The notes under the pieces: generated by a model | Database searches by the model: none | What the model was told of the DNA's origin: nothing | Seen by the model: the letters and a program-made list of their open reading frames with translations, nothing else | Program-made: the position numbers and the translations under genes | Assembly: GCA_040753015.1 (NCBI GenBank) | Contig: JBFMHM010000005.1 | Coordinates: 14,730 to 78,729 of the forward strand | DNA length: 64,000 bases | Source: Candidatus Omnitrophota bacterium | GTDB lineage: Bacteria; Omnitrophota; Gorgyraeia; Gygaellales; JBFMHM01 | Reading direction: 5' to 3' | In this document: one piece after another, positions 47,801 to 55,806 of the stretch | How positions within the stretch are numbered: position 1 is the first letter of the stretch | Layout: each line of letters opens with the position of its first letter

Positions 47801-48132
47801 GCACGATTCAGGGCAGGTCTTAAGTTTACCCAAAATGTTTTATTGGGAAGAGCTAAACCTACGAAAAAATAATTTAAGAGATTTTTTGTTTCGGATTGAA
47901 TTTGTTTATTGCTAGGATTATTGATACTGCCTTTATCTAAAAACAGCTTAAAGTTGTTGGTATCTGGAAGATAAGAAAGATAGCGCAAATGAATTGGGCG
48001 GAATGGTTGCCCCGAAAAACCCGTAAAGGCTTCACCTACGGGCCCCGGGGTTAACGTGTTTTGAAAACCATAACATAAGTTGTTAAAACAAAAAATCCCT
48101 GCTAATAATAAAGTAAATATCTTTTTAATCAT
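41863..48132 (-). CDS. 2089-aa secreted modular protein (Omnitrophota-type giant protein)
   Basis: Signal peptide, N-domain (HLRYLSY, FWVNLRP, EADVQLK, RPWIVP), two ~90-aa repeats, MTase-like, HExxH and HATPase-like segments, GGIDF near the C-terminus. Confidence 0.75.
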   Translation of the reverse strand: MIKKIFTLLLAGIFCFNNLCYGFQNTLTPGPVGEAFTGFSGQPFRPIHLRYLSYLPDTNNFKLFLDKGSINNPSNKQIQSETKNLLNYFFVGLALPNKTFWVNLRPALNRANEVSSGLGPNEQNNVIDERLAQTDVGRILLEADVQLKQDTAKLTSPKTKEGKEYWNKLFIKAKELQQGATKIKIPTLLRPWIVPDEIIIAENKGSCYVYKATMKVMLEAEHRQLPQAPSLPKRGIKGEFDSNQNDKILNDYSAQLIKELIIPKLNKEINSSKRYAALRQVYYSLIIAQWFKERHKDKLKIDSGDLTNLTSKTPWSIDAYYRQYEKSFKEGEYNIKEVIPTAKAKIIRTYTSGGAVFNISQIPQVGERAVDPITGSSVTCLPAGDSLVPEGADYLKRVSVSGDQVVVHSKDEGSGQIARGYSAEEIIQIEADIRQDSETVKAAGQSVVGLVNKRAARIISREAELRRLLEARNIPAEQVKRVFACLRSPPEYFNWFNARAEFSNRYFLGSNCALAVNLIWYLFSQEGQAGLPKDLIDEYILHEALENIPDQYLDHYAAIGLTQQFFNRGKDWQVNPIAQPDEDKSNTVLGRVVRGFIETNAGMKNPSGFEQYLSTLSEWQAVRVMLSAKPIEANLIDLIKARFGSDKERKLNIAVIGCGPTLLEGRVIRDLLKEQYPNIHITCVDSELTELSDDRITGISRLLDDEFAEDHSVEYDVVFWLSPAVTNINSVTSNYKKIMKPDALGFIAPSLGGKSVDCGLLEITQGSYALSLYKQGWFYGREKPAEDLRDYDMGIRMYSRRAIISDLGVMLNREYSKLGGLRQSYSGDLTGLMVFSTVYSADLQTGDGVVAVAGRQSAATLTTVSTAERQGLREAANKALQELDPVKWKDGVTEEQLDAIIEAHEEGIRRGRSYVIGSDDNPARNPEKAKAFRRADLKAILTILMRDKRFTMEEGDKLIRTGVCGEKDIAVVERILSRSAYRRYIVTIGSVIDCELVKLEKRKIGVVFLEPFYQWRLLGLCITNENAVIINVSACREHAQNIKEIITNKDDFMSRRRFRNFSTNSSTLNWQIFQMFLREFGEKDIDEITDSIIRSTREHEIEHKRRELLGVSNSEGTSRYAEAEITPYYALVNIIIGMHGVFYDSDKVVNEGYGFFQEINKRLGGGFIFDSDDRVSDMRKEEQLAVWFEEKEPLERLTREEICSIAYNLRYGTTRYANMPSATSVSTSRLFEIGRWRSFLIPLALFLGISIGNKPVLAEEQRVSQRVEVALTSDITKPDGIESIRVAELEKLSLPIDHKYKFYQVSDEDIFHIEFATTGLQDDAFFRLSVFTESDTNAGNVLDDRRLKEAYDKGEEKKGIGYDFRIEDICKFYTQAKKKGIVLNDTELKIKDDLLRFGFMKYTNGKYVPSHSKTIAIISVAQDSPERGQVVRHEFRHGLYFTEPFIRDGVKTIWDKVDPDEQYKLIRIMNTVGGYNPNNIDLILNELYACLLGNEIHPRTDTMVHLHDYFQDLEGKMYTSRVIVGNEVINTLERLSLKLRAEEVLGRTVSDTELDAIVKAHLVGKEKGHCYVIDPDGRPAKHPNPDKAYTPEEIRQKAHILKAAGFSEEERERLIREGVCGEEDKPTTVTELIEYVKEKHLSGSLKEQYNQGLRRIIAYLQSGESYSQEQLDFERVFYGLRIVLGHGQMPIAHIMAVLRAEYDTLVLRVDYSKWDDRNPLIEKFNNYYDYFLAIKHAMLIDKNVVEYLAEYKAEIIKAIDGLVDTCDKIEAIIETERESHINDTRFIAEYEKMQTKSQQLRTSLSFLKKLFSDEVEKTKIPLGGLFDSVFNNLSSYHTGGRRVERKDVVYSDDLSSQNIYADLDLFSFATSRIFSNTIKHGSEKPEISLEESGSGYTLTVKCKKVAPSVELRRLTETNSHFNRQNMFLTKEQTGEITDYSDEDAGKGLGMDLLWQIIQMHGGGVNVVYDEAENSLVYTITLPKRDTTVANAPEEPGGIDGSTGSPLGGIDFTNLPIVTQAIDNLTSADVTNIIEVNLTDKQKTISSIAKILRQEEEQYIPTNLHLRDILIVLTANLSQIQLRQIFLRKN
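42117..42137. repeat. 21-bp palindrome in-frame between duplicated GGID motifs
   Basis: atggt-gagcctgtcga-accat; peptide GGID-GSTGSPL-GGIDF. Confidence 0.45.
47414..47462. repeat. GC-rich hairpin in-frame (LPQAPSLPKRGIKGEF)
   Basis: aactccccc-tttat-ccccctcttt-ggc-aaagaggggg-cct-gggggagtt. Confidence 0.7.
47773..47817. repeat. Hairpin element in-frame (ALNRANEVSSGLGP) flanked by a CCT duplication
   Basis: gccctaaacc-agagctcacttcgttcgcac-gattcagggc. Confidence 0.6.
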
Positions 48133-48198
48133 ATATAATAAGTATGCACTATGATAGGGGCAAATTCAAGGGTTTTGGGGCGAAAAATGTAAGCGCTT

Positions 48199-49011
48199 TC
48201 AGGATGTAGTTTTAACAAGCAATAGAATATTTTCTTTCGAGAATACTTCTAAATCTTTTTGTGTCTCAAGAAAATTTTCAATATCTTTTTTTACTTTATT
48301 CCAATCAGTATTTTCAATAGCCTTATATAAACAATCACGCCAGTTTTGCTCATTAGGAAATTCACCGCTATAACCAGTTTGCGTCAGAGAATTTTTAAGC
48401 AGAGCAAAATTAGGAGCTAGGCCTTTCCATTTAGACAAATACCAACCAATATCAAAAAAATCTCTACCCTTAGTATATTTTCTACTAAAAACAGCATGAA
48501 GCTTCCCGGCAAACAACGAAGAAAGGTCGTAAGATAAAAACATAATTGGGAAATATTTATTAATAATATCTTTCTTAGTAATTGCGCCTTTAGGAGGATT
48601 TGTATCTATATCAATCTTGATTGAGAATTTCTGGCTTTTAAGCGGAGAAATTCTTGCCTCATACAAGAGTTCCTCAAACTTTAGAAAAGCGCTATGGACT
48701 GTTTTTTGATCATTAAAGGAAACGGAAATTTTATACCCGGCTAGCACAAATTCCGATTTAATTTTCTCAATCAAATTAACAAAAGAATATTCTTTCTCTT
48801 TTTGTTCCAGAGAAAAATCTAGATCTTCTGAAAAACGCGGTAAATCATATAAAAACCGTAAAGCAGTCCCTCCTAAAAAAGCAGAATAACGAAAAAAACC
48901 TGCGTCATTTAGAATCTTTAAGGTATAGGCTTGAACATATTCCCGCATTGTATTCAGCTTCGCGCTTAGGCCTTCTTGTTTGGCAGCTAATTCTAAAGCA
49001 AATTCTTTCAT
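48199..49011 (-). CDS. AbiEii-type nucleotidyltransferase toxin (type IV TA)
   Basis: FLGGTALR..LPRFSEDLDF, KLHA, KGRDFFD. Confidence 0.88.
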   Translation of the reverse strand: MKEFALELAAKQEGLSAKLNTMREYVQAYTLKILNDAGFFRYSAFLGGTALRFLYDLPRFSEDLDFSLEQKEKEYSFVNLIEKIKSEFVLAGYKISVSFNDQKTVHSAFLKFEELLYEARISPLKSQKFSIKIDIDTNPPKGAITKKDIINKYFPIMFLSYDLSSLFAGKLHAVFSRKYTKGRDFFDIGWYLSKWKGLAPNFALLKNSLTQTGYSGEFPNEQNWRDCLYKAIENTDWNKVKKDIENFLETQKDLEVFSKENILLLVKTTS

Positions 49012-49646
49012 AATAGTTTTTCTTTTTTAATTTCTAACTCGATATATTCTTTAATCATTTTTGCATCCCGTAAAATTCCCGGCTTATTAAATCTTTTTGC
49101 AAAAACAAATAGTTTTTCTAAATTAATTTTTTCAAGATTTTCTAATCTCAGTTCTTCAATGTAATCAAAAGAAACCTTAACTTCTCTTAGGTAAAAAAAA
49201 TCGAGCAAGGCTTTCTCGGGACAAGCAATGAAACCTGTTTGTTTATTTACTGTTACCGATTCATAGCCCCAAAATAAACTTTGTTTTATATGTCGGTAAT
49301 CAAAGATTCCTAACTTTGAAACAAACTTATAAGGCCGCTTTGTTGTAATACAGGTATAAATGCTAACAGCCTCAGGGATTAGATTATGGAATTCCAAAGC
49401 CTTTTCTAAACTAACATAAGAAGGACTTTTAACAATTGAAGCAAGATATGGTTCATAAATATCCAACTTTCTGTATGGCTTTGCTAAAATATAAATCCCT
49501 CTTCTAATTTGTATGAGTTTTCCTGATTTTCTCCAGCGATCAAGCTGCACCTTAACCGAACTAGGATTAACTACTCCAACAAGCAGCATTTCGCTATCGA
49601 TTACGGGTAAATTATCTGTGAGCTTAACAAATTCTTCCCATTTCAT
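49008..49646 (-). CDS. AbiEi-type antitoxin/transcriptional regulator
   Basis: IRRGIY, PSYVSLEKAL..H.LIPE, PEKALLD; overlaps the toxin gene by 4 nt. Confidence 0.82.
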   Translation of the reverse strand: MKWEEFVKLTDNLPVIDSEMLLVGVVNPSSVKVQLDRWRKSGKLIQIRRGIYILAKPYRKLDIYEPYLASIVKSPSYVSLEKALEFHNLIPEAVSIYTCITTKRPYKFVSKLGIFDYRHIKQSLFWGYESVTVNKQTGFIACPEKALLDFFYLREVKVSFDYIEELRLENLEKINLEKLFVFAKRFNKPGILRDAKMIKEYIELEIKKEKLL

Positions 49647-49652
49647 GGCAAT

Positions 49653-49682
49653 ATGTTAACATATTTGTTAACTTAATGCAAT
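49653..49682 (-). promoter_or_regulatory. abiE promoter with inverted-repeat operator
   Basis: TTGCAT-17-TAACAT overlapping gttaaca-tatt-tgttaac; ATG 6 nt downstream. Confidence 0.55.
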
Positions 49683-49697
49683 AAAAATTATTTAATT

Positions 49698-50987
49698 TTA
49701 TGGCCAGAATTTTTCAATCATCGATTTTTTGATGCCGGTTTCTTCGGGTAAGAAACATTTAGATAGAATTTGCCATCCCAGGTCGAGCGCTTTCTCTAAA
49801 GGAATGTTTACTTTTAAAGACATCATTTTATCCTCAAAAAGTTTTCCATAAGCAAGAAGCTTTTTGTCCCACTCACTCATTTGAAAACCCATTGCCTGTT
49901 TTTCCAGTGTTTGACGGTAACTGGCAAACAACTGAATCATTGTGTCCATTATAGTTCGGTGATCTTCGCGAGTTTTACCATTGACCTGTTGTTTTAAACG
50001 CGACAACGACCCAAATGGTTCGATTACAGAATTTTTAAGATAAAATTGTCCTTCAGTAATATAACCCGTATTATCGGGAACTGGATGCGTAATATCGTCA
50101 CCCGGCATCGTGGTTACAGCAAGAATTGTAATTGAACCAGCCCCTTCAAAATCAACCGCCTTTTCATAACGAAAAGCCATCTGGCTATAAAGATCACCAG
50201 GATAGCCTCTATTGGAAGGAATTTGCTCCATTGTAATTGAAACTTCTTTTAGCCCGTCGCAAAAATTTGTCATATCAGTTAATAGTACTAAAACTCTTTT
50301 CCCAGAGAGAGCAAACTGTTCAGCAACGGCTAAACTAATATCTGGCACAAGCAAGCATTCAACAATTGGGTCGCTAGCTGTATGGATAAAAAATATCGAA
50401 CGTGGAAGCGCTCCATATTCTTCTAGTGTATCTCGAAAGAAAAGATAATCATCGTGCTTTAAGCCCATTCCACCAAGGATAATAATATCTACCTCTGCTT
50501 GAATAGCAATCCTCGCTAAAAGCTCATTATATGGCTCACCAGCAATAGAAAATATAGGTAATTTTTGTGATTCTACGAAGGAATTAAAAACATCAATCAT
50601 AGGTATACCTGTACGAATCATTTTATTAGGAATAATCCTTTTAACTGGGTTAACAGATGGCCCGCCAATATCAACTAGATTTTCTTCAAGTTCTGGGCCT
50701 TTATCTATAGCGTTGCCTGCGCCGTTGAAAATCCTGCCTAAAAGATTATTTCCTGTAGATATTCTCATAGGGTGCCCTAAAAATTTTACTTTATCTCCAG
50801 TTGAAACACCGCGGGAACCGCTAAAAATTTGTAACGATACTCTTTTTTCTTCAATTCTAATCACTTGCGCCAAAGAAATCCCTTGCTTTGTATAAACTTG
50901 GGCAATTTCTGAATATCCTATTTGCTCTGCTTCAACCGTTATAACATCTCCGGCAATTTGAATAATATTTGTATAAATTTTATGCAC
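49698..50987 (-). CDS. atpB: V/A-type ATPase subunit B
   Basis: [32 protein letters not shown]. Confidence 0.93.
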   Translation of the reverse strand: MHKIYTNIIQIAGDVITVEAEQIGYSEIAQVYTKQGISLAQVIRIEEKRVSLQIFSGSRGVSTGDKVKFLGHPMRISTGNNLLGRIFNGAGNAIDKGPELEENLVDIGGPSVNPVKRIIPNKMIRTGIPMIDVFNSFVESQKLPIFSIAGEPYNELLARIAIQAEVDIIILGGMGLKHDDYLFFRDTLEEYGALPRSIFFIHTASDPIVECLLVPDISLAVAEQFALSGKRVLVLLTDMTNFCDGLKEVSITMEQIPSNRGYPGDLYSQMAFRYEKAVDFEGAGSITILAVTTMPGDDITHPVPDNTGYITEGQFYLKNSVIEPFGSLSRLKQQVNGKTREDHRTIMDTMIQLFASYRQTLEKQAMGFQMSEWDKKLLAYGKLFEDKMMSLKVNIPLEKALDLGWQILSKCFLPEETGIKKSMIEKFWP

Positions 50988-52734
50988 CAGCTTTTTCTCC
51001 CTGTAAAATTTGCTTTTGCTTTACTAATAATAATATCTCTGTTTCAATTTTTTTAAATTCTTGGCCTTCAAAGATAGCAGAATTTAATCCTCGAAATAAC
51101 TGCCTAAGCTGTTGAAAAAAATGTAAAGCGCTTTGTTTATCGCTAAAATTAAACTTGTTTTCTAAAATATTGTTATATATAAAATCAAAAGCATATTTTT
51201 GCCGTGTTTGGTCAGTTGCTTCGTCTACTTTATCAAATGCATTTTGCTGCAAATAAACAAAATCAAAAAATTCTCCTTTTAAATAATCAATATAATCAGT
51301 CAAAGATGTACCTTCTTCGCCAATAACTTTCATCATCTCAAGTATATTGAAACTTCTTTTTAAAAGCTCGCGCCCTGCTTCCACTTTTTCTTTGTCGATA
51401 AAACTATTATATTTTGACCAGCTAATTAGCGGGTCAATCGCAGGGTATCGCCTGGCATCCGATCGTTCACGAGATAACCCATGAAATGCCCCCACTACCT
51501 TTAATGTTGCTTGTGTAACTGGTTCTTCAAAATTGCCTCCTGCAGGGCTGACTGCTCCGCCAATTGTTATAGAACCAGTAGTGCCATCGTATAATCTTAC
51601 CAGGCCTGCGCGTTCATAAAAAGAGGCAATTCGTGATTCTAGATATGCTGGAAACGCTTCTTCACCGGGAATTTCTTCCAGCCGCCCCGACATTTCCCTC
51701 ATTGCCTGTGCCCAACGGCTGGTTGAATCTGCTAAAAGCAAAACATTTAAACCCATCTGCCGATAATATTCAGCAATCGTTACTGCCGTATACACGCTAC
51801 TTTCCCGTGCTGCAACCGGCATTGAGCTGGTATTACAAATTATAATTGTCCGGTCAATTAAGGGACGATTTGTTTTTGGGTCAATTAACTCTGGAAAAGT
51901 TTTTAGAGTCTCTACGACTTCGCCTGCGCGCTCGCCACAAGCAGCAATTACCACAACATCCGCCTCCGCATGCCTAGAGGTTAATTGTTGCAAAACAGTT
52001 TTCCCTGCACCAAACGGTCCAGGCACACAATAAGTTCCGCCTAAAGCAACCGGAAAAAGTGAATCAATTAAGCGCATTTTTGTAACTAATGGTTTTGTTG
52101 GCCTTAACTTCTCTTGATAACAAGAAATTGGGATTTTTACCGGCCATCTTTGGACAAGAAAAATATCATGAATTTTCCCCTCTTCATCACGAAGCTCGGC
52201 AAGAACATGCGTTGAATTATAACTTCCTGAGTTTACAATTTTAGTAACTTCTAAAATACCTTTTAAACTAAACGGTGCCAAAATATAATGCTTAAATATT
52301 TTTTCCGGAACAAAACCAATCTTTTCTCCTGGCCGTACCCTATCTCCAACTTTGACTTGTGGCGTAAATTCCCATTTCGCCTGGGAATCTAATGCATTAA
52401 AATATAACCCGCGTTTTAGAAAAAATCCACATTCTTTTGCAATTAAGGGCAAAGGGTTTTGCAGACCATCAAATATTTGCCCCAAGAGCCCTGGGCCAAG
52501 CTCAACAGAAAGAAGCTCTTTGGAAAATTCAACTTCATCGCCAACCTTCAAATTAACTGTACTCTCGAAAACTTGCATCTGCGCTAAATTTCCCCGTATA
52601 CGAATAACTTCTGCCTTTAAACGTTCTTTACCGTGAATAATATAAGCAACTTCGTTTTGAATAACAAAACTATCAAAACTAACAGTAACCATATTACTAT
52701 TAATTCTCAATATTCGGCCAATTCGCTTTTCCAT
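50980..52734 (-). CDS. atpA: V/A-type ATPase subunit A
   Basis: [24 protein letters not shown]. Confidence 0.95.
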   Translation of the reverse strand: MEKRIGRILRINSNMVTVSFDSFVIQNEVAYIIHGKERLKAEVIRIRGNLAQMQVFESTVNLKVGDEVEFSKELLSVELGPGLLGQIFDGLQNPLPLIAKECGFFLKRGLYFNALDSQAKWEFTPQVKVGDRVRPGEKIGFVPEKIFKHYILAPFSLKGILEVTKIVNSGSYNSTHVLAELRDEEGKIHDIFLVQRWPVKIPISCYQEKLRPTKPLVTKMRLIDSLFPVALGGTYCVPGPFGAGKTVLQQLTSRHAEADVVVIAACGERAGEVVETLKTFPELIDPKTNRPLIDRTIIICNTSSMPVAARESSVYTAVTIAEYYRQMGLNVLLLADSTSRWAQAMREMSGRLEEIPGEEAFPAYLESRIASFYERAGLVRLYDGTTGSITIGGAVSPAGGNFEEPVTQATLKVVGAFHGLSRERSDARRYPAIDPLISWSKYNSFIDKEKVEAGRELLKRSFNILEMMKVIGEEGTSLTDYIDYLKGEFFDFVYLQQNAFDKVDEATDQTRQKYAFDFIYNNILENKFNFSDKQSALHFFQQLRQLFRGLNSAIFEGQEFKKIETEILLLVKQKQILQGEKAGA

Positions 52735-53252
52735 AATACCTCTTCTAATATTTTTTCTTTATCTGCTTTAAAAACATTATCCCAACGTTCTAAAATATTT
52801 AATTTATAGGCATAAATTATCAAGTAATCTAAATCAAAATAATGCCCAAAGCTTAATTCATCTAAATAACTCCAGCGCGCTTCATCTAATATTTTTTCTG
52901 CATCTAATACATGAGGGTTCCTCTGTGCGCTAAGGGCAATATGAACAATTGCTGGCCCAGCATATACATCGGGGCGCAAATATTGCAGAGCATCAATCTT
53001 AATCCGCGCCGCACGCAATTTGACTAATTCATTCCTTAAAACTGTTTCGAAATCTAAAATTTTTTTTATTATTCCTTGTGTGCTATATTCATTTAAATTA
53101 TCTACCTTTGGTAAATTTTTTAAAATATCTAGATCTTTTGGGCTTAAGACATTCTCTGCCTTAGCGATAAATTCATCAAAGGTAAAAGGTAATTTTGCTT
53201 GAAATAATAAAGTTGGCAGACTCGAAATAAAATAAACATAATTTGCATTCAT
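52707..53252 (-). CDS. V/A-type ATPase subunit C-like (DUF2764)
   Basis: YFISSLP, HYFDLD..YAYKL; lies between subunits E and A. Confidence 0.72.
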   Translation of the reverse strand: MNANYVYFISSLPTLLFQAKLPFTFDEFIAKAENVLSPKDLDILKNLPKVDNLNEYSTQGIIKKILDFETVLRNELVKLRAARIKIDALQYLRPDVYAGPAIVHIALSAQRNPHVLDAEKILDEARWSYLDELSFGHYFDLDYLIIYAYKLNILERWDNVFKADKEKILEEVLWKSELAEY

Positions 53253-53253
53253 C

Positions 53254-53862
53254 TTATTTAACAGTTTCCTTTAATATTTCGTTTAACTTTGGCTTTAAGT
53301 ATGTTCCAATATATTCTGCAATAGCCTTATCACTAAAATCATAATGTGATTTATTCGCATCAAAGCTTATTAAAAAACCGCCCTTTATATCGCTAGAAGT
53401 TTTTAGAATAATTTGTTTTTTTGTTTCTTCTTTTAATTTAGAAAGAAGCACCCTTTCCAAAATATGCAAATCTTCTTTACTTAAATCAATAACAACATCT
53501 TTATCTTCTTTGCCCTTATATTCTTTTATTAAACCAGAAATAATTTTAACCATTGTTTCTGTTGAAAGCGCTTTATGTACTTCGTGGATAGTAATTTTAT
53601 CAAGCATACTGTTAATTTCTTTTCTTAAACTAATTAGCATATCCCGCGCTGCCTGATTGATTAATTCTTTTTCTTTTTGAGACATTTTTTCAATTCTATC
53701 TTTAGCCTCATTAAGTAAATTTTGGCTTTTTATCTTCGCATCACTTATAATTTCCTCGGCTTTTCTCAAAGCGTTATTCTCGATATCTTTTGCTTTTTTT
53801 TCTGCCGCTAAAACACCTTCTTGATTAATTTTTTCAATTAAATCATCAATATTTTGTGTCAT
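53254..53862 (-). CDS. atpE: V/A-type ATPase subunit E
   Basis: LIEKINQEGV coiled coil, GGF, YDFSD, YLKPKL. Confidence 0.8.
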   Translation of the reverse strand: MTQNIDDLIEKINQEGVLAAEKKAKDIENNALRKAEEIISDAKIKSQNLLNEAKDRIEKMSQKEKELINQAARDMLISLRKEINSMLDKITIHEVHKALSTETMVKIISGLIKEYKGKEDKDVVIDLSKEDLHILERVLLSKLKEETKKQIILKTSSDIKGGFLISFDANKSHYDFSDKAIAEYIGTYLKPKLNEILKETVK

Positions 53863-53869
53863 AACTTCC

Positions 53870-54532
53870 TCACTTTATTTCATCTAAAATTTTTTGTGCT
53901 GCTAACGATGGATTTTTTGCCTCTAATATTGGCCGCCCAACTACAATAAAATCACTGCCAGCATTAACAGCATCTTTGGGCGTGGCAACTCGTTTTTGAT
54001 CATTTGTCTTTGTGTCTTTCGGGCGAATTCCCGGATTAACCACGATAAAATTTTTGCCAAGTTTATTTTTTAAAACTTGTGTTTCTTTGACAGAACAAAC
54101 CACGCCATCAAGGCCAACTGTTTTTGCCTGTTTTGCTAAACTTAAAACTTTTGTCTTTGCTGCTTTTTGGCTAGTTAAAACTGTAACACCGATTAAAAGC
54201 GGCCGATAGGTTAAAGGCAAAGGCTTTATTGCCTTAATTGCTGCTAATAACATATCTTGCCCACCTGCAATATGCAAAGTAAGCATTTTTACTTTTAATG
54301 CACAAGCGGCCTCCACTGCATTTGCTACGGTATTTGGAATATCAAACAATTTTAAATCTAAAAAAACCTTTGCTTCTTTTCTATTAATATAATCGATTAT
54401 TTTGGGCCCGGCAATTGTAAAAAGCTGCAAACCAACTTTAAAAATTTTTACATTAGGGCAAAGCTGATTTACAATTTTTTTTGCCTTATCAAAACTATCT
54501 ACATCAAGAGCAACAATTAATTCTGGTTTCAA
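53870..54532 (-). CDS. pyrF: Orotidine-5'-phosphate decarboxylase
   Basis: VALD, FLDLKLFDIPNT, PGIRP, VVGRPI. Confidence 0.95.
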   Translation of the reverse strand: MKPELIVALDVDSFDKAKKIVNQLCPNVKIFKVGLQLFTIAGPKIIDYINRKEAKVFLDLKLFDIPNTVANAVEAACALKVKMLTLHIAGGQDMLLAAIKAIKPLPLTYRPLLIGVTVLTSQKAAKTKVLSLAKQAKTVGLDGVVCSVKETQVLKNKLGKNFIVVNPGIRPKDTKTNDQKRVATPKDAVNAGSDFIVVGRPILEAKNPSLAAQKILDEIK

Positions 54533-55446
54533 ATTTTTAAGCTCCCGACTAAATTATTTATGTCGTTAATTTTTTTATTTCTTAGGTAATTTTTAATCTC
54601 ATCGATGATTTCGCCGGTTATGTTAGGATTTACAAAGTTTGCCGTTCCAACTTGTATTGCCTGAGCACCTGCAATAATAAACTCTAGGGCATCTGAATAA
54701 TTCATTATACCACCAACCCCGATCACAGGAATCTTGATTTTTTGGCTAACTTGCCAAACCATCCGAAGGGCAATAGGTTTTATTGCCGGGCCGCTTAGCC
54801 CACCAGTAATATTTCCTAATAATGGTTTTTGTGTTTCAATATTTACGCCCATTGCCAAAAAAGTATTTATAAGGCTTACACTATCTGCACCTGCATCTTG
54901 AGCAGCAATTGCAATTTGAGTAACATCTGTTACATTGGGAGTTAATTTTGCGATTAATGTCTTTTTATAAACATTACGCACGCCAAAAACACAATCATAG
55001 GTTAGACTTTCATCTTGCGAGATAAGTGTTTGTTTCTCTTTAATATTTGGACAGGATAAATTTAATTCTACTGCGGATATTTCTTCTACATCATTAATAA
55101 TCTCTGCTAACTTTACATAATCCTCCAAATTATTTCCAGCAATACTAACAATTATAGGAACACCTAGTGTCTTTAAAAATGGCAGCTTATCTTTTAAAAA
55201 ACAATCTATCCCGTCGTTTTGCAAGCCAATAGAATTAATTATGCCGGAAGAAGTTTCAACCAGCCTTTGCTGTAAATTGCCTGTGCGAGGCTTTATTGTA
55301 ATTGTCTTTGTAATAATTGCACCGAGTTTTTTTAGATTGGTTAATCCTTTAAATTCCTTGGCATAACCAAATGTGCCAGAAGCAACCATAATCGGATTTT
55401 CTAATCTAAGCTGTCCAATTTTTACAGAAAGGCTTGTTTTTTGCAT
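54529..55446 (-). CDS. pyrD: Dihydroorotate dehydrogenase family 1B, catalytic subunit
   Basis: ASGTFG, NLSCPN, KLTPN, GGLSGPAIKP. Confidence 0.93.
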   Translation of the reverse strand: MQKTSLSVKIGQLRLENPIMVASGTFGYAKEFKGLTNLKKLGAIITKTITIKPRTGNLQQRLVETSSGIINSIGLQNDGIDCFLKDKLPFLKTLGVPIIVSIAGNNLEDYVKLAEIINDVEEISAVELNLSCPNIKEKQTLISQDESLTYDCVFGVRNVYKKTLIAKLTPNVTDVTQIAIAAQDAGADSVSLINTFLAMGVNIETQKPLLGNITGGLSGPAIKPIALRMVWQVSQKIKIPVIGVGGIMNYSDALEFIIAGAQAIQVGTANFVNPNITGEIIDEIKNYLRNKKINDINNLVGSLKI

Positions 55447-55805
55447 TATTTTCCTAGTATCATTTTAACTGCAACAAACAACAAAAATACACCAAACATT
55501 TTTTTAAGTATGGGCTCCGGCACTTTTTGAATAAGATGAGCTCCTATCAAGCCCCCGATAAAAAATCCAACACATACAAAACCAGCAATATTTAATTTTA
55601 TATTGCCTGCATAATAATAACGTAATGCTGCTAAAAGGCCTATTGGCGGCACCATAATTGCCAGAGTTGTCCCTTGTGCTTGATGTTGAGTAAGGCCTAA
55701 AAAATAAACAAGCGCGGGAATTAAGATTGTCCCGCCACCAATACCAAACATCCCGCCAAAAATCCCAGCAATTAATCCTAAAACTATATAAATTACCCAA
55801 TTCAT
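55446..55805 (-). CDS. Half-size TauE/SafE family membrane protein
   Basis: GMFGIGGGTILIPAL, QHQAQGTTL. Confidence 0.75.
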   Translation of the reverse strand: MNWVIYIVLGLIAGIFGGMFGIGGGTILIPALVYFLGLTQHQAQGTTLAIMVPPIGLLAALRYYYAGNIKLNIAGFVCVGFFIGGLIGAHLIQKVPEPILKKMFGVFLLFVAVKMILGK

Positions 55806-55806
55806 T

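Noticed and set aside
40009-49697. Prophage or integrative conjugative element
   Set aside because: No integrase, structural, replication or conjugation genes, and no att repeats seen at the island edges
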